Shown here piece after piece: positions 37,323 through 46,918 of a stretch of DNA of 64,000 bases. Under the pieces are notes generated by a model that saw only the letters and a list, made by a program, of their open reading frames with translations, made no database searches and had not been told where the DNA came from. The translations under genes were made by a program, and so were the position numbers. Positions within the stretch are counted from its first letter, which is position 1. The number at the start of each line of letters is the position of its first letter. Source of the DNA: a virus; the IMG/VR virus record IMGVR_UViG_3300020056_002272, positions 1-64,000 of that record; one strand, written 5' to 3'.

Positions 37323-38858
37323 ATGGCATATATAATTAATAGGTTCGGCGGTGCTCAACTTACCGCAGTTGAAGACGGCACTATTGATCAAACCACAGAC
37401 CTTAAACTGGTAGGTAAAAACTACAGCGGTTATGGTGAAATACAAAACGAAAACTTTATTTTTCTATTAGAAAATTTTAGTGGATCTACACCCCCTACCA
37501 AAGCATTAGATGGACAGGTTTGGTATGATGCTGGCACTACAAAATTAAAGTTTTGGACAGGAACAGCATGGAAGAATGCTGGCGGTGCAGAAGTTGCTCC
37601 TACAGAACCGCCAGGGCTAGACGAAGGCGATTTATGGTGGAACACACAAACCAACCAATTATACGGAAAAACTGAAGAAAATGAATTTGTTTTGATTGGT
37701 CCGCAAGCAGCTGGCGATGGAACTACACAACTAATTTCTGCACTTGTGCTTGATAATGCAGATGTAAGCCATGCTTGTATTATAGCGGTTGTAAATGACG
37801 AACCTGTATATATTATTGCAGACGATCATTTTACACCTGCCGCAGACGGTTCTCAACCGGTTGATATTCAGCCTTATGCAATCTTGACAAACTTTCCTTA
37901 TGTGTCAAAAGGTCTTACCCTTATAAAAACACCCGGAGATCAAGCAGCATTAGGAACTGGAAATGCTGGTATTACGCAAACAGATAGTGATGCTGAAGAT
38001 ACTTGGTTTTGGGGAACAGCAACCAACTCTAAATTATTTGACGGCCAGCCTATAGGCAATTTTGTTACTACAGGTGGACTATACTACGATTTTCCTATTG
38101 ACAACGGAATAAGAATTGGAGACAATTTACCGTTAAGAATTTATATTGAAAATTCTAATAAAGGTGTAATAGAAAACACACAAGGCGACGAAATACGCTT
38201 CAAAGCTACAAGTGCTTCAACTAATGAAAGCATTGCTAAAATAATGCATAACGATACGAATGGCAGCGGTTTCTTTCCAATGGCAGACGATACATATGCA
38301 TTAGGATCAACAACATTAAAATGGAACAATGTTCATTCAACAACATTTACAGGACAAGCAACCGCTGCTGATACAATAGCAGTGCCAGGGTTAGGCAATC
38401 GTGCCGCAACTACTCCGCAATCAACCACTGCTTATAGTGTTGTAGTAAGAGATGCAAATGGCGATGTTTGGGGACGCAAATTCCAAGGAACAGCAACCAG
38501 CGCACAATATGCCGACTTGGCTGAAAAATATACTACAGATAAAGAATATCCCGTTGGCACAGCAATGTGCGTTGGCGGCGATGCTGAAACTACAGCATGT
38601 GGTTCTAGCTGTTTAGCTATAGGTGTCATATCAGACGCTCCTGCATACTTAATGAACAGTGAATGTGACGGACAAGCAATTGGATTAAAAGGGCGTGTTC
38701 CTGTAAGAGTAAAAGGTGCAGTCCAAAAAGGCCAAGCAGTATATGCATGGCAAGATGGTATATGTAGCACAGTGGCAACTACGGCCTTAGTTGGAGTAGC
38801 ACTAGAATCAAGCGATGAAGAATCTGAAAAATTAATCGAGTGTGTTTTAAAAGTGTAA
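37323..38858 (+). CDS. Tail fibre-like protein with C-terminal intramolecular-chaperone-like domain
   Basis: Same N-terminal module (ENFIFLLENF..GQVWYD); C-terminal YADLAEKY...GVIS..PAYLMN...GRVPVRV. Confidence 0.7.
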   Translation: MAYIINRFGGAQLTAVEDGTIDQTTDLKLVGKNYSGYGEIQNENFIFLLENFSGSTPPTKALDGQVWYDAGTTKLKFWTGTAWKNAGGAEVAPTEPPGLDEGDLWWNTQTNQLYGKTEENEFVLIGPQAAGDGTTQLISALVLDNADVSHACIIAVVNDEPVYIIADDHFTPAADGSQPVDIQPYAILTNFPYVSKGLTLIKTPGDQAALGTGNAGITQTDSDAEDTWFWGTATNSKLFDGQPIGNFVTTGGLYYDFPIDNGIRIGDNLPLRIYIENSNKGVIENTQGDEIRFKATSASTNESIAKIMHNDTNGSGFFPMADDTYALGSTTLKWNNVHSTTFTGQATAADTIAVPGLGNRAATTPQSTTAYSVVVRDANGDVWGRKFQGTATSAQYADLAEKYTTDKEYPVGTAMCVGGDAETTACGSSCLAIGVISDAPAYLMNSECDGQAIGLKGRVPVRVKGAVQKGQAVYAWQDGICSTVATTALVGVALESSDEESEKLIECVLKV

Positions 38859-38877
38859 ATATAAAAAAGGATAAATC

Positions 38878-40305
38878 ATGGCAGTAGGCGATATAATTTC
38901 GGCAGCACGTTACAATGTCTTACAAGGAAGAATACAGGCTATAATGGCAACGCCATCGTCTAGTGGTGCGTTAGGTTATAACCAAGGAGTGTTTGGCACT
39001 TTTGCAAGTAGTCAAGTTGCTCAACAAGAAGTTGTAACAACTACACATATGAACAACCTATATACAGATGTTACTAATGCTCGATATCATCAAATAGGTA
39101 ATGCGTTTGATCCTGGAGCAGCTGGACTATTCCAAGTCACAGATCAAGATCAAATCACAGATGCACTGCATACTGCATATGAAACTGTTTTACTAGATGT
39201 AGAAGCAGACAAATATTTATTATCCACAACATTTGCAGAAACAAAAGTAGCAGGAGTGAACAGTGTTAGGCCGGTATCAGAAGCATGGGGCGGTGCGGCA
39301 ACTCCTCAAACAATTACGCACGAATTTACAGTAGACTTTCAAAATGCAAATCATAGAAAAGCATTTTTCAACGCTGGCGGAGAAATACGTTTAGATTTTT
39401 CCATGCAAGATTTGCCAGCAGGCGGAACAGCAAACTTTGCAAAAAGTCAAGATTGGAAAAATTTATTAGAAGATATAGGTTTGGTAAAATTCAAATATAA
39501 CCAAACTGTAAGTAGTGCCTACGAAGCAAATCCAGGAGACAGTCAAGCTGGGACAGGAAGCGCAATTGGAAACTATGAACTTACTGGCAGCTATCAAACT
39601 GTGTTTAACAAAACAGGCGGCGGCGCTCCTGTATATTCTAACAATTATATGAACATAAAGGCAAAAGAAAATAACAGCCAATCTATTAGTTTTAGAATTG
39701 ATTTACAAGACGATGCAAACGTAGGGGCAGACGAAGTAGTAGAAGGCACAATAACAAGTGTTGTTATTCAGCACAGAGCTATAGGAGTTCATGTTGACGT
39801 GCCTACTGCTGCTTATACAAACAATCAAACTTTCGATCAAGCAACAGCGCCAATACCTACTACTTCGGCAGCAACTTGTATTGGCGTATGTGATGAAAGT
39901 AGCAGTCAGACTGATGCTGGTATGGCAAGTAAGTGGACTAACTTTAGAAGTGCATGGCCAAACAGACCTTTCTATTTGTTAGCACCAGGTGGTGCAAGTG
40001 TAGGCGATTTAAGAGTTCCTAGTGCCTTTACTAGTGATTCTATAGCAACAGGTCCTGTAACAGTTAGTAGAGATAACGGTGATGCTGGTTCTGCAAGTGA
40101 TTGGTTTGCAATTTGTGGATTAAACAGTTTATCTCCAGGATCTACAGTAGCATATAGTATTGATAACTCCGGAAGCATGAAAACTAGCACAGTGTCGGCA
40201 AGTATAGCACTCTTGCAAAGTTTATGTGCGCAAAATCAAATAAACTTAGTTGAAGTTGCAATGCGCAGCGAGGATTGGATTTCTCCATTTGACAGAACCA
40301 TATAA
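38878..40305 (+). CDS. Virion structural protein with C-terminal vWA-like segment
   Basis: MAVGDIISAARYN, FFNAGGEIR; C-terminal SIDNSGSM (DxSxS). TGTAAATA upstream at 38854-38861. Confidence 0.6.
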   Translation: MAVGDIISAARYNVLQGRIQAIMATPSSSGALGYNQGVFGTFASSQVAQQEVVTTTHMNNLYTDVTNARYHQIGNAFDPGAAGLFQVTDQDQITDALHTAYETVLLDVEADKYLLSTTFAETKVAGVNSVRPVSEAWGGAATPQTITHEFTVDFQNANHRKAFFNAGGEIRLDFSMQDLPAGGTANFAKSQDWKNLLEDIGLVKFKYNQTVSSAYEANPGDSQAGTGSAIGNYELTGSYQTVFNKTGGGAPVYSNNYMNIKAKENNSQSISFRIDLQDDANVGADEVVEGTITSVVIQHRAIGVHVDVPTAAYTNNQTFDQATAPIPTTSAATCIGVCDESSSQTDAGMASKWTNFRSAWPNRPFYLLAPGGASVGDLRVPSAFTSDSIATGPVTVSRDNGDAGSASDWFAICGLNSLSPGSTVAYSIDNSGSMKTSTVSASIALLQSLCAQNQINLVEVAMRSEDWISPFDRTI

Positions 40306-40317
40306 CTTTGTTATAAT
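40289..40317 (+). promoter_or_regulatory. Perfect sigma70 promoter
   Basis: TTGACA (40289-94), 17 nt, TATAAT (40312-17). Confidence 0.75.
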
Positions 40318-40335
40318 ATACAGTGAGGAAATTTA

Positions 40336-41385
40336 ATGGCCCAAGGCGATCCAATTACAGCAATAGAACATAACAACCTTAGGGGCGTTATTCTACCTGT
40401 TGTAAATAAATATGGCAGAACTCCGACGAGTGCAGATGTTGTAGGCGGATCTACTCCTGGAGTAAGTGATACCGTTACCGAGCAACAATATATAGACCTA
40501 TTTAAAGATGCTCAGGCATGCTATGTTCATCAAACTAATTCAGTTTCGACAGATGCTCTTATTACTCAATTTGCTGAGGGCACACTTATTGAATATAGTG
40601 ATATTACCGATTTGAATTTAATAGCATCAGATATAAGTGCCTTTAGTCCAAATGTATCGCAAGACTTTCCCACAGCAAGTTTTTCGCAAGCAACACTGTT
40701 AACAAATTTAGGTGTATCTACTGCTAGCACAAGAGATGGGTCTACTAACCCCTGGAGCACTAGAATACGACATCGTGTAACAGTAAATTTTGCATCATCA
40801 ACTGCTTTTAATGCTTTTTTTAATGCAGGCGGTATGTTAAAATGGAGCGGAAGTCTTACAGGTGGCACTAGTGGAACTGTAACTTCAAAAGATGGCGATT
40901 GGGCAAGAATTTTAAATCTAGCAGGAGAAATACAAATAGGTGCTGATTTTACATCATCGCCTTTAACTTTTAGAACAATTAGTGCAAATAGCAATGGAAC
41001 AGGTAGTAATGTTGCAATTACAAGCCTTAGCACAAACACAGCACAAGATGCCGGAACACTTATCTATACTATATCTGGTGGATATGTAAGTGGCGGCGGC
41101 CAGAATATTTACGTGAACAATGAATTTGAAATAGGATTAGCAGTTAATAATGCTTCAAATCCAACTGCATTAACAATAGAAGCAAGATTCAACGACGACG
41201 ATACAGGAACCGGATTCCAAATTGAACCTGGTGAAGCAGGCGCACCAGTTGATGAAAGTGTCACTGGATTATTAACCAGCACTTTTTATACATTTACGCC
41301 AGACAGTGAATTTACTATTAGTGCAACCACTTATCCTGCTATCCAGCAAACAGCTCCTGTAGGAACTGTAAACAGTAATCTTTAA
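40336..41385 (+). CDS. Virion structural protein, paralogue of 38878..40305
   Basis: MAQGDPITAIEHNN, FFNAGGMLK, SKDGDW, VDESVTG align with the preceding gene. Confidence 0.6.
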   Translation: MAQGDPITAIEHNNLRGVILPVVNKYGRTPTSADVVGGSTPGVSDTVTEQQYIDLFKDAQACYVHQTNSVSTDALITQFAEGTLIEYSDITDLNLIASDISAFSPNVSQDFPTASFSQATLLTNLGVSTASTRDGSTNPWSTRIRHRVTVNFASSTAFNAFFNAGGMLKWSGSLTGGTSGTVTSKDGDWARILNLAGEIQIGADFTSSPLTFRTISANSNGTGSNVAITSLSTNTAQDAGTLIYTISGGYVSGGGQNIYVNNEFEIGLAVNNASNPTALTIEARFNDDDTGTGFQIEPGEAGAPVDESVTGLLTSTFYTFTPDSEFTISATTYPAIQQTAPVGTVNSNL

Positions 41386-41396
41386 TCAGAACACTG

Positions 41397-41425
41397 TTGA
41401 CAAAACAAATTTCTAAATATATAAT
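41397..41425 (+). promoter_or_regulatory. Perfect sigma70 promoter with CTAAATA in its spacer
   Basis: TTGACA (41397-402), 17 nt, TATAAT (41420-25); GGAGG RBS follows. Confidence 0.8.
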
Positions 41426-41450
41426 ACTAGTATAATTCTCTGGAGGTTTT

Positions 41451-41798
41451 ATGGACGAGCGGCTAGAAAAAGCATTAGATATTAGTAACTATATGGTTAC
41501 ACTAAACAATCAAAAACGTTTGTTAAGCGAACAATACCATGAAAACTTAATCTATTATTATAACGGCGGGCAATTTTCTGTTTCGCAGCAATTGATTAGT
41601 TTTTGTCAAACACTTGTAAATTTAGAACAAGATCAAACTGTGCTAATTGACGACAACGGAATTCCTATTGAAATAGAAAGTTTAAAACCGTTTGTTGAAA
41701 ATTTAGTTACAACTTACTTTGAAGCAGCAAATAGATATTTGTTAGAATATACCAAATTAAAAAATCAAAGATCAGTCGAGAGTATTATGGATCTATGA
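41451..41798 (+). CDS. Hypothetical protein (possible fibre assembly helper)
   Basis: Strong RBS; first gene of a translationally coupled operon. Confidence 0.55.
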   Translation: MDERLEKALDISNYMVTLNNQKRLLSEQYHENLIYYYNGGQFSVSQQLISFCQTLVNLEQDQTVLIDDNGIPIEIESLKPFVENLVTTYFEAANRYLLEYTKLKNQRSVESIMDL

Positions 41799-42625
41799 GC
41801 AAAGGCGTATTACTGTTTGCATTCAATAATGATAGTCTAAATTATTTAAATCAAGCTAGGCATGCTGCAGAGCGTATTAGCAAATTTATGGATTTGCCAA
41901 CCAGTATTGTAACCGATGAAAAAGTAAACATAGAACAATATCCTCATTTTGACAAAATTATTGAAGTAAAAAATGCAGCTATAAACAATACAAGAAAATA
42001 TAATGATGGATCGTTATATAGTAAATCTTTAAATTTTCGTAATTTTGGTAGAGAGCATAGTTACCGTTTGTCTCCATATAAAGAAACTATTGTTATGGAT
42101 ACAGATTTTGTAATTTGCAATAACAAACTTAATAATTGTTTTTTGCAGCAAAATGATTTTTTACTTTACAAAAATTCTAGTCATGTTGGACATAGAAAAA
42201 ATATTTACGAATTTGAACATATTAGCGATACTAGCATTGATTTTTATTGGGCAACTGTTTTTTTCTTTAGAAAAACAAAGCTGAATGAGATATTTTTTAA
42301 TTTAGTTAGCCATATAAGAGAAAATTACATACACTACAGAAATGTATATCAATTTAAAAACACCATGTATAGAAATGATTTTGCATTTAGTATAGCTATT
42401 CATATCATGAACGGATTTCAAAAAGGAAATTTCGCAGCAGAACTTCCCGGAAAAAACTTTTTCAGTTTAGACAAAGACATTCTTACACGTATTACAAATG
42501 ATATAGTGTATATGTTAGTAGAAAAAGAAAACAGCTTAGGCGAGTATACACCAGTAAAACTTAGTGGAAGTAATATACATATTATGAACAAATTTAGCTT
42601 GGAGCGTGTAATTAATGGCAACTAA
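41795..42625 (+). CDS. GT-A fold glycosyltransferase (GT8-like)
   Basis: SPYKETIVMDTD (DxD), YRNDFAFS. Confidence 0.7.
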   Translation: MSKGVLLFAFNNDSLNYLNQARHAAERISKFMDLPTSIVTDEKVNIEQYPHFDKIIEVKNAAINNTRKYNDGSLYSKSLNFRNFGREHSYRLSPYKETIVMDTDFVICNNKLNNCFLQQNDFLLYKNSSHVGHRKNIYEFEHISDTSIDFYWATVFFFRKTKLNEIFFNLVSHIRENYIHYRNVYQFKNTMYRNDFAFSIAIHIMNGFQKGNFAAELPGKNFFSLDKDILTRITNDIVYMLVEKENSLGEYTPVKLSGSNIHIMNKFSLERVINGN

Positions 42626-43463
42626 AAATTTTACAATGCTAGCACAAAACAATGCTAATAATTATGTTTTACAGGCGTGCCTTTCTGCAATGAGTATACA
42701 TGCCTCTAACAAAGATGTTAGTATATGTTTAATAACAAATGATCCAGTCCCGTCTAAATATAAAAAATTATTTGATCATATAGTTGAAATACCTTGGGGA
42801 GATCATGCAGAGCACGAGGATTGGAAAATAAGCAATCGTTGGAAAATATATCATGCAATACCTTATGACGAAACTGTTGTAATTGATACAGATATGCTTG
42901 TGTTACAAGATATATCCAGCTGGTTTGATTTTTTGCAAAACTATGATTTATTTTACACTAGTAAGGTTTATTCATACAGAGGTGAGCTTGTCGACGATAC
43001 AGTGTATAGACAAGCGTTTAATAAATTCAATTTACCAAACTTATATTCGGGATTTCATTATTTCAAAAAAAGCAACTTAGCACATGAATTTTATACATGG
43101 CTTGAAATGATAACAAATAATTGGCAGCAATTTTATAAAGCTCATGCCGGCGGTAAAATTTATCAAAAAGTTTGTAGTATGGATGTAAGTGCTGCTATTG
43201 CAGCAAAAATAATGAATATAGAAAACAAAATTACAAATTCTAATGTAAAATATCCTAGTTTTACACATATGAAACCTCGTATACAAAATTGGAAAACATA
43301 TGTTTCTGATAGATGGCAAGATAGAGTTGAACCATATTTAAGTGACGATCTTACAATCAAGATTGGTAACTATACACAAACTGGCATTCTACACTACACT
43401 GAAAAAGATTTTGTAAGTGAGGAAATTATTCAAGCCTATGAAAAGCATTTAGGAATAAGTTGA
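42615..43463 (+). CDS. GT-A fold glycosyltransferase (GT8-like), paralogue
   Basis: PYDETVVIDTDML, LYSGFHYF, FTHMK, LHY. Confidence 0.7.
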   Translation: MATKNFTMLAQNNANNYVLQACLSAMSIHASNKDVSICLITNDPVPSKYKKLFDHIVEIPWGDHAEHEDWKISNRWKIYHAIPYDETVVIDTDMLVLQDISSWFDFLQNYDLFYTSKVYSYRGELVDDTVYRQAFNKFNLPNLYSGFHYFKKSNLAHEFYTWLEMITNNWQQFYKAHAGGKIYQKVCSMDVSAAIAAKIMNIENKITNSNVKYPSFTHMKPRIQNWKTYVSDRWQDRVEPYLSDDLTIKIGNYTQTGILHYTEKDFVSEEIIQAYEKHLGIS

Positions 43464-44026
43464 TGGAAACAGTAAGCATTGTGACTAAAAGATTTATAGT
43501 ATACGATAACAACGGAACTATTTTATCAATACAGAATTCCGAAGATAAAAATAATAACAATCTGGTAGTAGATTTAAAAGAAGTCACTAAGTTCTTAGAT
43601 GGGTCAGATAGCTTTACAAAATACAGAGTTGAATATGATTTTATAGAAAAAGTTTTTAGATTAGTTAGTATGAAGCAATATCAAGAAACCTTTATGCGCG
43701 AATCTTTTTTGTATAAAATTCCTACTATAGGAAATGAAAACCCGGATATAAAAGTAATTCAAGATAATGTAAATTTATGTTGGAAATTAGAAATTGATCC
43801 AGAACTTCCTCTTGAATTACAAGGAAAATCTATTAACATTGATCCAAAAACACAATTCTATAGTGTAACAAAAAAGAATGATCCTAATGTTTTGTATACT
43901 ATTCTAAATTTTGACGACTCTTTAGAAATACCGTTTGATTCTAATTTTCAATTTGACAACAAACAGGTAAGTGTTTATACTATGCGTAAGTTTAATCTAT
44001 ACAAACACGAGGTAATAAATGACTAA
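43463..44026 (+). CDS. Hypothetical protein
   Basis: Coupled ORF in the glycosyltransferase operon (TGATG overlap); no motif recognised. Confidence 0.6.
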   Translation: METVSIVTKRFIVYDNNGTILSIQNSEDKNNNNLVVDLKEVTKFLDGSDSFTKYRVEYDFIEKVFRLVSMKQYQETFMRESFLYKIPTIGNENPDIKVIQDNVNLCWKLEIDPELPLELQGKSINIDPKTQFYSVTKKNDPNVLYTILNFDDSLEIPFDSNFQFDNKQVSVYTMRKFNLYKHEVIND

Positions 44027-44939
44027 CACATTCCGTGTAATTGACTACGATATCATTTATTTAAGCTACGACGAGCCTAACGCTGAGCAAAACTATGCAG
44101 ATTTGTGCAAAAAAGTTCCGTGGGCCGAACGTATTCACGGCGTAAAAGGCAGCGATAGCGCCCATAAAGCAGCCGCTGAAAAATCTACAACCGATAGATT
44201 TATTACAATTGATGGTGATAACCGTATACATGATTCTTTTTTGACACAGTCGATTGATTTTGACGAAAATACAGATTTAAGTAACAAAGTTATAAGTTGG
44301 ACAGCTGATAATATTATTAATGGTTTGCAATACGGTAATGGAGGTATAAAATGCTGGCCGAAACAGCATGTGTTAAATATGCGCACACACGAAAACGCAC
44401 CCGATGACAATCCACATGCACAAGTTGATTTTTGTTGGGATACCGAATATGTCCAAATGAATGGAACCTTTAGCACTATATATAATAATGCAACACCGCA
44501 TCAAGCATGGCGTGCCGGTTTCCGGGAAGGTGTAAAAATGGCACTAGATCGAGGTATGCGTGTTGATGTAGAAGACTTTTACAAAAATCATTGGAAAAAC
44601 CTGCATCGTTTATACATCTGGCTTATGGTAGGTGCTGATGTTGAAAACGGACGTTGGGCTATATACGGAGCGAGAGAAGGTTTGTATAAAACAATGTGCA
44701 CCGATTGGGATTTTGTAAATGTGCGTGACTTTGACTGGTTAAACACCTTTTGGGATGGCAAAGATCTTAATGAAGATCAAATGGAAGAAGAAACAATAGA
44801 GCTTGGTTATAAATTAATAGAAGAGCTGGATTTGCCTATCGCTGCTGAATCATTAAATGCTAATCAAAGTGCTTTCTTTAAAACTGTCTATCAAAATCCA
44901 GCTCGAGACAATAGCAAAAAGTTTTTAGATAGAGAGTAA
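44019..44939 (+). CDS. GT-A / GT2-like glycosyltransferase
   Basis: YLSYDEPNA, HGVKGSDSAH, ITIDGDN (DxD), YGNGGIK, AWRAGFREGVK. Confidence 0.65.
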   Translation: MTNTFRVIDYDIIYLSYDEPNAEQNYADLCKKVPWAERIHGVKGSDSAHKAAAEKSTTDRFITIDGDNRIHDSFLTQSIDFDENTDLSNKVISWTADNIINGLQYGNGGIKCWPKQHVLNMRTHENAPDDNPHAQVDFCWDTEYVQMNGTFSTIYNNATPHQAWRAGFREGVKMALDRGMRVDVEDFYKNHWKNLHRLYIWLMVGADVENGRWAIYGAREGLYKTMCTDWDFVNVRDFDWLNTFWDGKDLNEDQMEEETIELGYKLIEELDLPIAAESLNANQSAFFKTVYQNPARDNSKKFLDRE

Positions 44940-44942
44940 AAA

Positions 44943-46316
44943 ATGAAACGTAGCGAAAGCGAAGAAATAAAGCGCATTGATGGTATAACAAAAGAAATAT
45001 CACCTACGTTTTGTTTTGCAAAATGGTATCATGCCAACATATATTTTCAAACAGGTGAAACACATAGTTGTTATCACCCTGCTCCCCATAAGATTGATAT
45101 CGAAGCATTAAAAGATAATCCTAGTGCAATTCACAATACAGCACAAAAGAAAGAAGAACGTGCTGCTATGTTACGTGGAGAACAACCAAAAGGCTGTCAG
45201 TATTGTTGGAATATAGAAAATATGGGAGCTGATTACATAAGCGATAGAAAACAACGCAATCAAAGTATATTTTTTAAAGACAGATTAGCAGCAGTAAAAG
45301 AAGGCGGTGCCGAATTTGATGTAAATCCTGAATATTTAGAAGTGTCGTTTGGCAACGAGTGTAACTTTCGTTGCGGATACTGCCATCCAAAAGCCAGCAG
45401 CAGATATTATCAAGAAATAAAACAACACGGCCCATATGATATGGTAAAAAATCATAGATGTGACATTGATTGGTTTAACATTTACCCAGAAGAAAACAAT
45501 CCATATTTAGAAGCATTTTGGCGGTGGTGGCCCGAATTAAGTAAAGAACTTACCATTTTACGTATTACAGGCGGCGAACCTACTATACAACAAAGCACTT
45601 ATAGATTATTTGACATGCTGGATGCAGATCCTAAGCCAGACTTAGAACTTAATTGTAACAGCAACTTAGGTGGCAAACCAAAACAGTTAGAAAAGTTTAC
45701 AAACCGTGTAAACGACTTGTTGACAAACAACAAGATTAGACGATTCAAAATGTTTACAAGTATTGACACTTGGGGCAAACGTGCAGAGTATATACGTGAC
45801 GGATTAGACATTGAAGTGTTTGAGCGTAATTTAGATTACTTTATGCGAAACACCAATGCTCCTATGACACTTATGATTACATTTAATATCTTTAGCGTCA
45901 CTACATTTCGCACACTACTAGAAAAGATACTTGAATGGCGTGGAAAGTATAACGATATAGAAACATATCGTTGGCAGCGGTTAGGATTTGACACGCCTTA
46001 TCTGAAAGAACCACTACAATACGATATCAACATATTGCCAAAAAGTTACATGACTTACATGCAAGACCATTTACAGTTTATTAAAGAAAATGTCGATGAT
46101 AGTCGTAAAGATGCATTTAGCACTATTGAGTATGAAAAGTTTCGACGTGTAGTAGATTATATGGAGACTACAGAATATCCATTACACAAAATTATACAAG
46201 GCAGAACAGATTTTTATAAATTTTTTACTGAACAAGATAAACGCCGTGGTAATAATTTTTCCACAGCGTTTCCTGAAATGTTTGAATTTTTTAAACTTTG
46301 TAAAGAATACACTTAA
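44943..46316 (+). CDS. Radical SAM protein with N-terminal auxiliary Fe-S (twitch-like) segment
   Basis: CNFRCGYC, GGEP; N-terminal CFAKW..SCYH..CQYC. Confidence 0.85.
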   Translation: MKRSESEEIKRIDGITKEISPTFCFAKWYHANIYFQTGETHSCYHPAPHKIDIEALKDNPSAIHNTAQKKEERAAMLRGEQPKGCQYCWNIENMGADYISDRKQRNQSIFFKDRLAAVKEGGAEFDVNPEYLEVSFGNECNFRCGYCHPKASSRYYQEIKQHGPYDMVKNHRCDIDWFNIYPEENNPYLEAFWRWWPELSKELTILRITGGEPTIQQSTYRLFDMLDADPKPDLELNCNSNLGGKPKQLEKFTNRVNDLLTNNKIRRFKMFTSIDTWGKRAEYIRDGLDIEVFERNLDYFMRNTNAPMTLMITFNIFSVTTFRTLLEKILEWRGKYNDIETYRWQRLGFDTPYLKEPLQYDINILPKSYMTYMQDHLQFIKENVDDSRKDAFSTIEYEKFRRVVDYMETTEYPLHKIIQGRTDFYKFFTEQDKRRGNNFSTAFPEMFEFFKLCKEYT

Positions 46317-46918
46317 AGATTCAGAGGAAGTGCAGCTTCTGCCTCAGGCCAACGCTCATCTTCCATTTCTTTGTAATATGCGTCAACTTTAAATTTCCAA
46401 AAACTTTGAAACGTTCCTCTGTATTCTAATTCGATAGGATCTTCTAAAAAGCCTTGTTTTCGCCATTCTGGTGCCCATCGTGTATGCACTGCTCTTTGTT
46501 TAGCTATAGGACTTGCATGAGTGCTTATGTATAAGGGATTATCTCTGCCACAGTGTTCTATACATGCCGGAATTAAAAATTGAGCACTAGGATGGTCATG
46601 CGGCCTAGGAGCATTTCTAAGATTTCGCATTGAAGTGTGCAAACGATCACCTTGCACAAGATGTGATAATACACAGATTCTTGCGCCTATACGGTAAGAA
46701 TTTTTTCCTAATATTTCTAACCCTTTTAATCTATGACTTACTACTGTTCCTATTATATTGTTATTGTTGTAAAGCAAGAAAAGTGTTGCTTCTTCCTCGT
46801 TTTTTAAGGCAGAAAGCAACATGTTAGGATCACTATTATTGTAGTATCTTTTCTTTTCTGCTTCTGCCATAAAGTTTGTTAAATCTTGCGAGCCGTCATA
46901 GGTTTCAATTTTCCACAT
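46313..46918 (-). CDS. Hypothetical protein, possibly GNAT-like
   Basis: LFLLYNNNNIIGTV...RIGARICVL pattern resembles GNAT strands; weak. Confidence 0.45.
   Translation of the reverse strand: MWKIETYDGSQDLTNFMAEAEKKRYYNNSDPNMLLSALKNEEEATLFLLYNNNNIIGTVVSHRLKGLEILGKNSYRIGARICVLSHLVQGDRLHTSMRNLRNAPRPHDHPSAQFLIPACIEHCGRDNPLYISTHASPIAKQRAVHTRWAPEWRKQGFLEDPIELEYRGTFQSFWKFKVDAYYKEMEDERWPEAEAALPLNL

Noticed and set aside
33051-41385. Diversity-generating retroelement or invertible fibre cassette
   Set aside because: No reverse transcriptase or invertase gene and no near-identical nucleotide repeats noticed; paralogy is only at protein level.
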